From NCBI GenBank assembly GCA_045656585.1, contig JAZORM010000094.1, forward strand, positions 1 to 56,770: DNA of 56,770 bases. The letters are read 5' to 3'. Below, one piece after another: positions 15,456 to 24,938 of the stretch (within the stretch, counting starts at the first letter, position 1; the number at the start of each line of letters is the position of its first letter). The notes below the pieces were generated by a model. The model did not search any database, was not told the DNA's origin, and saw nothing but the letters and a program-made list of their open reading frames with translations. Made by a program: the position numbers and the translations under genes. The stretch comes from Acutalibacteraceae bacterium. Lineage in GTDB: Bacteria > Bacillota > Clostridia > Oscillospirales > Acutalibacteraceae.

Positions 15456-16124
15456 ATGAAAAAAGAAATGACGTATCTTGAAAGTGTTCATCGTGACGGT
15501 CGAATTTGGGGATATTCTCTTTTTGTATTGATATTGGCTTTTCCGTTGGCACTTTGTTTGATTTTTGGCGTTGCGCCTGAATGGTCTTCAATGTTTCGCG
15601 CTATGATATCGGTTCTTCCGATGTATTGGGCGGTTGGAATTATCGAAATTTTCACATATATCCCAATGCTTGGCGCGGGTGGTTCGTATCTCTCTTTCGT
15701 AACGGGAAATATTTCTAATTTGAAACTTCCTTGTGCTTTGGATGCTATGGAGAAAGCTAACGTTAAAGCCAATTCGGAAGAAGGCGAAATTATCTCCACG
15801 ATCGCTATTGCGGTTTCCAGTATTGTTACAACCTTCATTATAGTAATTGGTGTTGTTTTGATTATGGTTTCGAACGTTGGCGTATGGCTTGAATCTCCCG
15901 TTTTAAAACCTGCGTTTGACCAATTATTACCCGCTTTATTCGGGGGTTTGGCGGTTGTTTTTGTTTCGAAGAATTTCAAACTTGCAATAGCGCCGATTAT
16001 ATTGATGTTGGCTTTGTTTATTTTTACCCCTCTTACAAGCGGTGAGGTTGGAATTATGGCTCCCGTAGGAGTTTTGTTTACGCTTGGAATTGCGAGAATT
16101 TTATATAAAAAAGGTGTTATTTAA
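15456..16124 (+). CDS. Polytopic membrane protein (~6 TM), partner of the DUF5058-like protein
   Basis: Hydrophobic 222-aa ORF. There is a 12-nt gap upstream, and its stop overlaps the next ATG by 1 nt. Confidence 0.5.
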   Translation: MKKEMTYLESVHRDGRIWGYSLFVLILAFPLALCLIFGVAPEWSSMFRAMISVLPMYWAVGIIEIFTYIPMLGAGGSYLSFVTGNISNLKLPCALDAMEKANVKANSEEGEIISTIAIAVSSIVTTFIIVIGVVLIMVSNVGVWLESPVLKPAFDQLLPALFGGLAVVFVSKNFKLAIAPIILMLALFIFTPLTSGEVGIMAPVGVLFTLGIARILYKKGVI

Positions 16125-17557
16125 TGGTAGGGATCATAATTGTTTCTTTGGTTGTTCTGTTCTTTGGATTTTTGGTGTTGAACGCCCTTAATTTTAAACC
16201 AAAGGAAAATGCGAAAATCGTTGATGATTCGGTTTTATTCGACAAGGAAAAATCGGTTGAAAATTTACAAGAACTCGTTAAGTTTAAAACCGTTTCCTAT
16301 AAGGATTCTTCGCTCGAAAACGATAAGGAATTTTCAAAACTTGTTAAGGCGTTGCCAAAATTGTATCCCAAAGTTTTCAAAACTTGTAGTCTCAAACTTT
16401 CAAAAGAACGCGGACTTCTTTTTTTATGGGAAGGAAAAAATCACGATGCGCCTTCGGTTATGATGGCTCATTATGACGTTGTTCCTGTTAACGAAAACGG
16501 TTGGGAGAAGGAACCTTTCTCAGCGGAACTTGTTGACGGTTTTGTATGGGGTAGAGGTACTCTCGATACAAAGGCTACGATGAATGGTATTTTGTCAGCT
16601 GCTGAAGCGCTTATAAACGACGGTTTTACACCTGAAAACGACATTTATTTTGCTTTTTCGGGAAATGAAGAAATCAACGGTTTGGGTGCTCCTTCAATTG
16701 TTGATTATTTCGAAGAAAACAAGATAGAACTCGCTCTTGTAGTAGATGAGGGTGGCGCGGTTGTTGAGGGAGTTTTCCCCGGAGTTTCGGCTCCTTGCGG
16801 TCTTATTGGTATTGCTGAAAAAGGTATGCTTAACGTTGAGTACAAGGCTAAATCTCAGGGCGGTCATGCCTCGGCTCCAAAGCCTAATTCACCGATACCT
16901 TCACTCGCTGATGCCTGTTGTAAAATCGAAGAAAATCCCTTTAAAATGCACATAACAAAGCCTGTTTATGAAATGTTTAACACACTTGGCAGACATTCAT
17001 CTTTCGTATATAAACTCATTTTTTCGAACCTTTGGCTTTTTGCACCCGTACTAAATTTGTTGGCAAAATCGCAAGGTGGGGAAATGAACGCTTTGCTTCG
17101 AACAACCGTAGCTTTTACACAGGCGAATGGAAGCGATGCGGTAAACGTGATTCCGCCCGAAGCCTCTTTTGTTTCGAATTTAAGATTGAACCCTTATGAT
17201 ACAATGGAATCAGCGTTGGAGTATCTTAAAAAAGTTGTTGATAATGAGAATATTGAAATCACTTCGGTCGGCGGTATGAATCCGAGTCGAATTTCCGAAG
17301 TGAATTGTGAGGCTTACAATAAGGTGGCAACTGCTGTTGCTTCGACTTGGCAAGGCTCGATTGTATCTCCTTATTTAATGGTACAATGTTCCGATAGCCG
17401 TCATTACGGAAGAATTTCGGACAAGGTATATCGTTTCTCGGCGATGGCGCTTTCAAGCGAGGAAAGGGCTACGATTCACGGCAATAACGAACGTATTCCT
17501 GTTGAGACTATACACAAGGCTGTTGAATTTTATATAAGACTTATGAAACAATGTTAG
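16124..17557 (+). CDS. M20-family metallopeptidase (carboxypeptidase-type) with N-terminal membrane anchor
   Basis: MAHYDVVPV, WGRGTLDTK, SGNEEINGLGA, VVDEGG and QGGHAS are M20 metal and catalytic motifs. The first ~25 residues form a TM helix. Confidence 0.8.
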   Translation: MVGIIIVSLVVLFFGFLVLNALNFKPKENAKIVDDSVLFDKEKSVENLQELVKFKTVSYKDSSLENDKEFSKLVKALPKLYPKVFKTCSLKLSKERGLLFLWEGKNHDAPSVMMAHYDVVPVNENGWEKEPFSAELVDGFVWGRGTLDTKATMNGILSAAEALINDGFTPENDIYFAFSGNEEINGLGAPSIVDYFEENKIELALVVDEGGAVVEGVFPGVSAPCGLIGIAEKGMLNVEYKAKSQGGHASAPKPNSPIPSLADACCKIEENPFKMHITKPVYEMFNTLGRHSSFVYKLIFSNLWLFAPVLNLLAKSQGGEMNALLRTTVAFTQANGSDAVNVIPPEASFVSNLRLNPYDTMESALEYLKKVVDNENIEITSVGGMNPSRISEVNCEAYNKVATAVASTWQGSIVSPYLMVQCSDSRHYGRISDKVYRFSAMALSSEERATIHGNNERIPVETIHKAVEFYIRLMKQC

Positions 17558-17581
17558 CGTGTAATTTTTGAGGTAAAAATT

Positions 17582-18364
17582 ATGTTTAAAGATATAAATT
17601 TGTTTTTGTTCGATATGGACGGAACGCTTTATTTGGGTGACAATCTTTTTGATTTTACGATTGAATTGTTGGCAAAAATCAAAGCAGAAGGCAAGAGATA
17701 TATGTTTATGACAAATAACTCTTCAAAGAGTGTTTCGGCATATATAGAAAAGCTTAAAAAACTTGGTATTGAGTCGACTAAAGAGGATTTTATAACCTCT
17801 TCTCAAGCTACGGCTTATTACCTTAAAAAGCATTACAAGGATGCAAGACTTTACGTTTGCGGTACAAAATCTTTGAAGGATGAATTAAAGGAAAACGGAT
17901 TTTGCGTTACCGAGAATATCGACGAGGTTGACCTTATCGTAATGGGATATGATACCGAGCTTGATTATAAAAAGCTTTGGGATGTGTCGTATATGCTCAC
18001 AACCCGTGAGTTGCCCTACATTGCGACCAATCCCGATTACGTTTGTCCGACAGAGTGGGGAAGTGTGCCCGACTGCGGCAGCGTTTGTGATATGATATTT
18101 AACGCTACAGGAAAAAGACCGCTATTTATCGGAAAACCTGAACCGCTTATGCCACAACTTGCTATGGAGCAGTACGGCTATAATCCAAAGGAAACTGCGG
18201 TTATCGGCGACCGAATTTATACCGACGTTAAAAGCGGTGTGAATGCGGGAACTTTGGCGGTTTTAGTTATGAGTGGCGAGACCACAAAAGAGATTTTGGA
18301 AGCGTCCGACGTGAAACCTGATATAGTTTTAAAGGATGCATCGGAAATACTTAAAACTTTATAA
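17582..18364 (+). CDS. HAD-IIA family hydrolase (NagD-like sugar phosphatase)
   Basis: FLFDMDGTLY, MTNNSS, GKPEP and IGDRIYTDV motifs. Confidence 0.8.
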   Translation: MFKDINLFLFDMDGTLYLGDNLFDFTIELLAKIKAEGKRYMFMTNNSSKSVSAYIEKLKKLGIESTKEDFITSSQATAYYLKKHYKDARLYVCGTKSLKDELKENGFCVTENIDEVDLIVMGYDTELDYKKLWDVSYMLTTRELPYIATNPDYVCPTEWGSVPDCGSVCDMIFNATGKRPLFIGKPEPLMPQLAMEQYGYNPKETAVIGDRIYTDVKSGVNAGTLAVLVMSGETTKEILEASDVKPDIVLKDASEILKTL

Positions 18365-18371
18365 ATTATAT

Positions 18372-18399
18372 AACCGCCTTATCGTTTGATAGGGCGGTT
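18372..18399 (+). terminator. Intrinsic terminator after the HAD-IIA gene
   Basis: AACCGCCTTATC / GATAGGGCGGTT stem (one wobble pair), 8 nt after the stop. Confidence 0.55.
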
Positions 18400-18529
18400 G
18401 AAATTTTATAATAAAATATGACAAAATTAGAATATGCAACTTGTAGTTTACATTTAGAAACTTAGAATTGGTGGAAAAATTTCGATAATTTTATTAAAAT
18501 TATTAGGCAAATAAAAAGGAGGAAGCGAT

Positions 18530-19291
18530 ATGACATTTGGAGAAAAACTTTCTAAACTAAGAAAGGAAAATAATTATACACAAGAACAATTAGCACAAAT
18601 ATTGGGGGTGTCGCGACAATCAGTAAGTAAATGGGAATCGGATACGTCCTATCCTGAAACCGACAAGTTGATTTGTATGGCAAGAATGTTTAATTGTTCG
18701 ACTGATTATTTACTTTTAGATAGTAATGAAATTTCCGCAAAACAAAGTGTAATTTATAATTCCAAGCAATCAAAAATAATAGGATATATTTTATTTGCTA
18801 TTTCAGTTTTGAGTATGGTACTCATAGTAGTCTTGGCAAAAAGCTTTGAAGATTTGTATATATCGTTACCTATCGCTGTGGCTGGTCTGATTTGTAGTAT
18901 AATTTGTATGTTTGTAAAACAAAAGTCAGGGTATTGGTGCTTGTGGGTAATGATAATACCGTTGGTTTCGTTATCGCCTTATATCGTGGGTTTTCCGCTT
19001 TTTAGTTCAACTACTATTTTTTTGGTCATTTTTGTGATTTTTATGATATTTGTTGCAAGAAAGGTTTTTGATGGGGCAAGAGTTACGACAAGTAAAAAGA
19101 AAACCGTGTTAATAATAGTTGCTTGGCTTTCCGTTATTACTTTGCGTATATTTTCTTTTGGCTTCACATTGTCTTCTGAAAGTGATTTTTTACTTAGTTT
19201 GTCCCCGTATATGTTTGTAAGCATATTATTGTATGTTGCAATAGCGCTGTTGACAACATATACTGTTTGTTATGTGAAAAGTTTCAAATAG
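18530..19291 (+). CDS. Membrane-anchored XRE-family HTH protein
   Basis: N-terminal LRKENNYTQEQLAQILGVSRQSVSKWE HTH, followed by ~5 TM segments. AAAGGAGG SD upstream. Confidence 0.75.
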   Translation: MTFGEKLSKLRKENNYTQEQLAQILGVSRQSVSKWESDTSYPETDKLICMARMFNCSTDYLLLDSNEISAKQSVIYNSKQSKIIGYILFAISVLSMVLIVVLAKSFEDLYISLPIAVAGLICSIICMFVKQKSGYWCLWVMIIPLVSLSPYIVGFPLFSSTTIFLVIFVIFMIFVARKVFDGARVTTSKKKTVLIIVAWLSVITLRIFSFGFTLSSESDFLLSLSPYMFVSILLYVAIALLTTYTVCYVKSFK

Positions 19292-19302
19292 TAAGATGAT
19301 AT

Positions 19303-19329
19303 TATAAAACCGCCGTTTTAGGCGGTTTT
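19303..19329 (+). terminator. Intrinsic terminator
   Basis: AAAACCGCC / GGCGGTTTT stem followed by a T-run. Confidence 0.65.
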
Positions 19330-19363
19330 TTTATTGACAATATATATCTTTAGTGTTAAAATA

Positions 19364-19657
19364 TTAAAAATAGGGGGAATTTATGCTATTTTGCAAAATT
19401 CTAACGAATTTTATATGATTTCGGGCTACTGCGGTTTTTCTGCGAGAATGAGAAATTATTAAAAAATCTTGTCCGATTTCTTCGAGCGTACCGACGAGAC
19501 TTGAATTTCCAAAGTCTATTTTTACAAGACTTTTCAAAAACTGCTCGAGACAGTCTTTTGGCTTTTGATTGGTTTCTTGAAATTCGGTTTTTAAGTAGTC
19601 TTCATAAAACGATAAATCATTGTCGTTTATTATGGGTGTGGGAAGTTCGTTTGGCAT
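19364..19657 (-). CDS. Small sporulation-type protein, GerQ-like C-terminal segment
   Basis: 97 aa. VGTLEEIGQDFLIISHSRRKTAVARNHIKFVRIL resembles the conserved core of spore-coat protein GerQ. The resemblance is from memory and is weak. Confidence 0.3.
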   Translation of the reverse strand: MPNELPTPIINDNDLSFYEDYLKTEFQETNQKPKDCLEQFLKSLVKIDFGNSSLVGTLEEIGQDFLIISHSRRKTAVARNHIKFVRILQNSINSPYF

Positions 19658-19724
19658 AAAAACACTCCAAGTTTGATTTTAATACATACTATGATAAATT
19701 TTTTGAAAGTTGAGGGTTCTGGCT

Positions 19725-21809
19725 TTGGCTAAGGTTAACGAAATTTTCGGCATAAACGTTTTTGGCGATTCGGTTATGAAAGAACGTTTGCCGAAAGATG
19801 TTTATGAAATCTTAAAAAGTACAATTAAAGAGGGAAAAGGTCTCGATAGCAGTATCGCTGATACTGTGGCAGAGGCTATGAAAGAGTGGGCTATTGAAAA
19901 GGGTGCTACTCATTTTACCCATTGGTTCCAACCTTTGACAGGTATTACTGCCGAAAAACATGATAGTTTTATAACCCCAACCGATGACGGACATATTTTG
20001 ATGGAATTCTCGGGTAAAGAACTCATTAAGGGAGAACCTGATGCTTCTTCCTTCCCGTCGGGTGGCTTACGTGCGACCTTTGAAGCGCGTGGTTATACCG
20101 CTTGGGACCCAAGTTCTTACGCTTTTATAAAGGATAAAACCCTTTGTATTCCAACTGCGTTTTGCTCATATTCGGGCGAGGCGCTCGACCAAAAGACACC
20201 TTTGCTTCGTAGTATGGACGCTGTTAATAAACAAGCGCTCCGCGTTGTAAAAGCTTTGGGTTATTCCGACGTTAAGGGAACCAATACAACTGTAGGTCCC
20301 GAACAAGAATATTTCCTTGTTGATAAGGAACTTTACGACAAACGTCCCGACCTTATTTTCTGCGGTCGAACTCTTATTGGCGCAATGCCGCCTAAGGGTC
20401 AAGAAATGGACGACCATTATTTCGGTGTTTTAAAACCACGCGTTGCGGAATTTATGCGTGAGCTTGATAACGAACTTTGGAAACTTGGCGTTCTTGCTAA
20501 AACAGAGCATAACGAAGCCGCTCCTGCGCAACACGAATTGGCTCCTATTTTTACAACAACCAATATCGCTGCCGACCATAACCAACTCACAATGGAATTT
20601 ATGAAAAAGGTTGCGCTTTCAAAGGGTCTTGTATGTCTTTTGCACGAAAAACCCTATGAAGGTGTTAACGGTAGCGGTAAGCATAACAACTGGTCAATCT
20701 CAACCGATACAGGCATAAACTTCTTGAAAGCGGGTAAGAAACCTGCCGAAAACAAGTTGTTCCTTGTTACAATGGCGGCTGTTATTGAAGCGGTTGACAA
20801 GCACCAAGATTTGCTTCGTATTGCGGTTGCAACTGCGGGTAATGACCATCGTCTCGGCGGCCATGAAGCACCACCTGCGATCATTTCAATCTTCCTTGGC
20901 GAAGATTTAACTGATTTGCTTGAATCAGTTGCAAACGGAGTTCATTATGATAGTTTAAAACGTGAAAAAATGAAGATGGGTACTGAGGTAATTGCCGAGT
21001 TTAAAAAGGACAATGCCGACCGTAACCGCACTTCACCTTTCGCTTTCACAGGCAATAAATTCGAGTTCCGTATGTTAGGCTCGGCTTCTTCGATTTCGGA
21101 CACCAACGTTATGATTAATACAATGGTTGCTGACGTTTTTAGCGGTTATGCCAATAGACTTGAAAAAGCTGAAAACCCTGAAGCTGAAGCCGATAATATT
21201 GTTAAAGATTGTTTGGCTAACCATAAACGAATCATCTTTAACGGCGACGGTTATTCAAAGGAATGGGAAGAAGAAGCTAATAAACGTGGACTCCTCAATT
21301 TGCCAAGCACAGTCGACGCGCTTCCGCTTTTGAAATCGGAAGAGAACGTTGCTTTGTTTGAACGCCACGGTGTATTCAATCGCGCAGAAATTGATTCGAG
21401 AATTGATATTATTCTTGAAAACTACGCGAAGATTATTCATATCGAGGCTTTGACACTTATTAATATGATGAATCGTGACGTTATTCCTGCGATTACCGCT
21501 TATACAAATACTCTTTGCACAGCGGTTAATAATAAGAATATCGTCGGTGTTGACAATAGCGTTGAGTTTGAACTTTTAACAAGACTTACCGCTGCTAATA
21601 AGGAAATTTTCACCTTGACTTCGAGTCTTAAAAATGCGGTAGCTTCGGCTGAGCGTTCGGCAAATAACTATGAAAAGGCTTGTGAATATCGTAATACTAT
21701 TCTCAAGATTATGGCGGATATTCGAAAGTTTGCTGATAGTGCCGAAAGCGCTGTTCCGAATAGTTATTGGCCATATCCAACCTACGGCGATTTGCTCTTT
21801 AAAATTTAA
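19725..21809 (+). CDS. glnN: Glutamine synthetase, type III
   Basis: ~695 aa starting ...[25 protein letters not shown]...[13 protein letters not shown], a GSIII N-terminus. I prefer TTG at 19725 (GAGGG 8 nt upstream) over the track's TTG at 19710. Confidence 0.85.
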   Translation: MAKVNEIFGINVFGDSVMKERLPKDVYEILKSTIKEGKGLDSSIADTVAEAMKEWAIEKGATHFTHWFQPLTGITAEKHDSFITPTDDGHILMEFSGKELIKGEPDASSFPSGGLRATFEARGYTAWDPSSYAFIKDKTLCIPTAFCSYSGEALDQKTPLLRSMDAVNKQALRVVKALGYSDVKGTNTTVGPEQEYFLVDKELYDKRPDLIFCGRTLIGAMPPKGQEMDDHYFGVLKPRVAEFMRELDNELWKLGVLAKTEHNEAAPAQHELAPIFTTTNIAADHNQLTMEFMKKVALSKGLVCLLHEKPYEGVNGSGKHNNWSISTDTGINFLKAGKKPAENKLFLVTMAAVIEAVDKHQDLLRIAVATAGNDHRLGGHEAPPAIISIFLGEDLTDLLESVANGVHYDSLKREKMKMGTEVIAEFKKDNADRNRTSPFAFTGNKFEFRMLGSASSISDTNVMINTMVADVFSGYANRLEKAENPEAEADNIVKDCLANHKRIIFNGDGYSKEWEEEANKRGLLNLPSTVDALPLLKSEENVALFERHGVFNRAEIDSRIDIILENYAKIIHIEALTLINMMNRDVIPAITAYTNTLCTAVNNKNIVGVDNSVEFELLTRLTAANKEIFTLTSSLKNAVASAERSANNYEKACEYRNTILKIMADIRKFADSAESAVPNSYWPYPTYGDLLFKI

Positions 21810-21829
21810 TATTCTATGCGAATAAAATG

Positions 21830-21858
21830 AAAGGACGTGTGTGACCCACGTCCTTTTT
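21830..21858 (+). terminator. Intrinsic terminator after glnN
   Basis: AAGGACGTG / CACGTCCTT stem followed by TTTTAT. Confidence 0.65.
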
Positions 21859-21883
21859 ATTGCTTAAATTTCGTATTAGCAAG

Positions 21884-21917
21884 AAAAAAGATGGTAGATT
21901 TTGTCTACCATCTTTTT
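21884..21917 (-). terminator. Intrinsic terminator after the peptide-binding-protein gene (bidirectional shape)
   Basis: GATGGTAGA / TCTACCATC stem flanked by an A6 and a T5 run. Confidence 0.6.
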
Positions 21918-21922
21918 GTGTT

Positions 21923-23404
21923 TTATTCAGCTTTTACAACGTAGGCAAAGTCGATTCCGCCGTTGTTTATTGTGAATTTTAGGTTTGTTAAATTTGCGCT
22001 ATAAGCAATAATTGTTTTTTGGTTAATCAAAGGAACTATTTTGTTAGAATTCAAGATTTTAGATTGAACGTCAGAAAGGTTTTCTCCGTCGTATTTTATG
22101 TCAAAATTCTCAAGATATTCGTTAATATCAGGTGATGAAGCGGTTATAGGAAAGATTGACATTGAGTTTGTTTGTTCTTTGAGTTCATTTTTCAAAACCT
22201 CGGGAGAAGATACGGTTTTGATGTTGATAAATGCTCCAAGTTGATTTTGCCAATGACCTACGATATCGGTAACAAGTGTTTTTGAAAAACTGTCGTCATA
22301 ATAGTATAAAACAATATCGGTTGGGAATTTTTTATCGGCTAGATTTTCAACCTCTGATTTAAAGAGCTTTTTAGCGTTTTCAAGGTCGTAAGCAGGCATT
22401 CCCGTAGCCGAAGAGGAAACGTTTAAAGCGTTGGGGAAAATACCTTGAGCGACTGTATATCCGTCTTTTAAATCTTTTGAGAAAACTTGAGGGTGAGAGA
22501 GGGTTATAAGAGATTTTCTAATACCCGAAGAGAACTTATCACTAACGGTTAAAAACCAACAAATGTTTTCATAATCGGCGGTTTTAAGTCCCGCTTCTTT
22601 GACAAATTCAAGGTCGCTGGGCGGTATGAAGGCGATGTCGGCGTCATCGTCGGCTACAACCTGTGCGGGTGTGCGGTCTTTGTCGATAGAGAAGAATACA
22701 GCAGCATTTTTTGCTTCAAAGTTTCCGCCGTAAAACTTATTTTTATATAGTCTTATACCGAAAACTTCTTTTCCCCATTTGGTGAGTCTATAACTGCCGT
22801 TAGAAAGGATTGTGTCGCTTTCGAGACCGTATTTTCCGGCAGCTTCGTAGAAGAAACTTTCTTGACAAGGCATCGCGATACTGGTTGTGAGTGTGTGTTC
22901 AAAATCTTTATCCTTTTTGGAAAGTTCAATTTTTAACGTGTGTGCATTTACGGCGCTCACGCCAAGAGAAGAAGTTGATTTTTCACCCTTTATAATAGCT
23001 TTTGCATTTTTGATATTTTGTAGTCGTTTTGAAAAAGGTGCTTTGGTTTTTGGGTCAACCGCGCGTCTGAAAGCGAAAAGAAAATCATAAGCCGTTATAG
23101 GTTCTTCGTTGCTCCATTTAGCATCGCTTCTAAGCTTGAAGGTATATGTGAGTCCTTTTTTTTCATAGCTTTCGGCAACACCGCAAACAATTTCTCCGTT
23201 ATGATCTTCGCGAAGCAAACCTTCAAAAATGTTTCTAATAATCATAAGCTCGGTGTCGCTTTTTGCGATTTGCGGGTCGAGTGTTTGGGGTTGTTCACTC
23301 AAGGAAAAGTATATGTAAGCGCTATCAGTATTGTTACACGCGCAAAGCGTAAAAATAAAAACCAAGGATACAAGAAGGGCACAAAGGCGCCGTATTGTCT
23401 TCAT
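21923..23404 (-). CDS. ABC-transporter substrate-binding lipoprotein, family 5 (peptide/oligopeptide)
   Basis: Signal peptide with lipobox (FIFTLCAC). SBP family 5 look (LDPQIA..., IFEGLLR). No permease or ATPase genes are adjacent. Confidence 0.7.
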   Translation of the reverse strand: MKTIRRLCALLVSLVFIFTLCACNNTDSAYIYFSLSEQPQTLDPQIAKSDTELMIIRNIFEGLLREDHNGEIVCGVAESYEKKGLTYTFKLRSDAKWSNEEPITAYDFLFAFRRAVDPKTKAPFSKRLQNIKNAKAIIKGEKSTSSLGVSAVNAHTLKIELSKKDKDFEHTLTTSIAMPCQESFFYEAAGKYGLESDTILSNGSYRLTKWGKEVFGIRLYKNKFYGGNFEAKNAAVFFSIDKDRTPAQVVADDDADIAFIPPSDLEFVKEAGLKTADYENICWFLTVSDKFSSGIRKSLITLSHPQVFSKDLKDGYTVAQGIFPNALNVSSSATGMPAYDLENAKKLFKSEVENLADKKFPTDIVLYYYDDSFSKTLVTDIVGHWQNQLGAFINIKTVSSPEVLKNELKEQTNSMSIFPITASSPDINEYLENFDIKYDGENLSDVQSKILNSNKIVPLINQKTIIAYSANLTNLKFTINNGGIDFAYVVKAE

Positions 23405-23522
23405 TTTTGGTAATTCCTTTCAAAAAATATCTATTATTATACAATAACCAGCGCTTCTTTTCAACCTTTCTTATAAATTTGGAAAAAATTTTAATTTTTT
23501 TGAACTTTTCGTCAAAAATTGT

Positions 23523-23551
23523 TTGTAATATTATTATATATATGTTATAAT
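23523..23551 (+). promoter_or_regulatory. Sigma-A-type promoter of the hydrogenase operon
   Basis: TTGTAA (23523-23528), a 17-nt spacer, then an extended -10 TGtTATAAT (23543-23551). About 64-nt leader to hydC. Confidence 0.45.
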
Positions 23552-23621
23552 TACATAGTATGCAGGAAATTGTCGTTTTTCGACTGACTTGCAAACGATT
23601 ATCATAAGGAGGATTTTGTTT

Positions 23622-24125
23622 ATGCTCAAAAAAATCAGTAATTTGCCCTTTAAGGGAACAGCCGAACAAGAAGCAAAACTTGACGCTATAATCGCTCAAA
23701 GCAAAGATGACAAAAGTCTTTTGATGTCTGTTATGCAACAAGCACAAGATATCTACGGCTACCTTCCGATTGAAGTGCAAACAAAAATCGCAGAAGGTAT
23801 GGACGTTCCGCTTGAAAAAGTATATGGTGTTGCTACTTTCTACGCTCAGTTCTCTTTGTCTCCAAAGGGCGAGTACAACGTTTCAGTATGTTTAGGTACT
23901 GCTTGTTACGTTAAAGGCTCTGGTGACATTTTTGACAAGTTTAGCGAACTTCTCGGAATCGGAGCTGATGAATGTACCGCCGACGGTAAATTCTCGCTCA
24001 CAGCTTGTCGTTGCATAGGCGCTTGTGGCTTGGCTCCCGTACTTACTGTTAATGAAGAAGTTTACGGTCGTCTTACAGCTGATGATGTTCCAGGCATTTT
24101 GGAAAAATACGGTTTTTCAAAATAA
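23622..24125 (+). CDS. hydC: NuoE-type [2Fe-2S] subunit of the electron-bifurcating hydrogenase
   Basis: CLGTACYVKG ... CRCIGACGLAP Cys pattern. AGGAGG SD. The start was moved to the ATG at 23622. Confidence 0.8.
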   Translation: MLKKISNLPFKGTAEQEAKLDAIIAQSKDDKSLLMSVMQQAQDIYGYLPIEVQTKIAEGMDVPLEKVYGVATFYAQFSLSPKGEYNVSVCLGTACYVKGSGDIFDKFSELLGIGADECTADGKFSLTACRCIGACGLAPVLTVNEEVYGRLTADDVPGILEKYGFSK

Positions 24126-24144
24126 TCTATAAGGATAAAATTTT

Positions 24145-24501
24145 ATGAAAATCAGTACGATTAAAGATTTACTCGAAGCAGAAGTTCTTTGTTACCCTGA
24201 GGGTCTGGATTTACACGTATATTCTGCTTGTGGCAGTGATATGATGAGTGACGTTTTGGCTTACGTTAAAGACCAAGCGGTTTTGATGACAGGCCTTGTA
24301 AACTCACAGGTTATAAGAACTGCTGAAATGATGGATATGAACTGCGTAGTTTTTGTCCGCTCAAAAATGCCTACTGCCGAAATGATTGAATTGGCACAAG
24401 AAAGCGGAATTATTTTGCTGACAACATCAAAAAGAATGTATGAGGCCTGTGGTATTTTGTACAGCAACGGTCTCGTAGGAAACAGAGCGAAGAATGTCTG
24501 A
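24145..24501 (+). CDS. DRTGG-domain protein
   Basis: 118 aa with GSDMMSDVL ... AVLMTGLVNSQVIRTAEMMDMNCVVFV, the DRTGG-domain pattern. Confidence 0.6.
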   Translation: MKISTIKDLLEAEVLCYPEGLDLHVYSACGSDMMSDVLAYVKDQAVLMTGLVNSQVIRTAEMMDMNCVVFVRSKMPTAEMIELAQESGIILLTTSKRMYEACGILYSNGLVGNRAKNV

Positions 24502-24919
24502 AGCTTTAAATTTTCATTTTGAAGTTGATGGCAATGATTTCAAATCGGCAGGTCATGCCTCGTTCTTGATGAAAAAGAATTTGAGACAGCTAGGGCTTCC
24601 ACCCGAAACAATAAGACGCGTTTCGATTGCAATGTATGAGGGTGAAATCAATATGGTAATACACGCGCGTGGCGGCACAGCCGACGTTAACGTATATGAA
24701 GATTGTATTGAGATTATCTTGGCTGATAAGGGTCCCGGTATTAAAAATATCGAACAGGCTATGCAGGAAGGATTCTCAACTGCTACCGATAACATCCGTT
24801 CTTTAGGATTTGGAGCAGGTATGGGACTTCCAAATATGAAACGCTATACCGACTATATGGATATCGCTTCCGAGGTTGGTGTCGGAACTACTATTACAAT
24901 GAAAGTAAATCTTATTTAG
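24494..24919 (+). CDS. GHKL-type ATPase, anti-sigma-factor/RsbW-like serine kinase fold
   Basis: N-box EGEINMVIHA, G1 box DKGPGI, G2 box GFGAGMGLPN. It overlaps the upstream gene by 8 nt. Confidence 0.65.
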   Translation: MSEALNFHFEVDGNDFKSAGHASFLMKKNLRQLGLPPETIRRVSIAMYEGEINMVIHARGGTADVNVYEDCIEIILADKGPGIKNIEQAMQEGFSTATDNIRSLGFGAGMGLPNMKRYTDYMDIASEVGVGTTITMKVNLI

Positions 24920-24938
24920 TTTACGGCAGGTGATTTAT

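Noticed and set aside
15488-15979. 163-aa minus-strand ORF antisense to the 15456-16124 membrane-protein gene.
   Set aside because: It is the mirror frame of a hydrophobic gene. It has no SD or promoter, and the sense gene is translationally coupled to its neighbours.
23405-23621. Looked for a Rex operator (TTGTGAA-N6-TTCACAA / TTGTTAA-N4-TTAACAA type palindrome) upstream of the hydrogenase operon.
   Set aside because: No convincing palindrome is present. TTGTTTGTAATATTATTATA is not symmetric. Absence by eye is not proof, so a PWM scan would be needed.
23334-23780. 148-aa minus-strand ORF spanning the SBP start, the hydrogenase promoter region and the hydC 5' end.
   Set aside because: It runs through an AT-rich intergenic promoter region and overlaps two well-supported genes. 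It is an artefact of a low-GC stop-poor frame.
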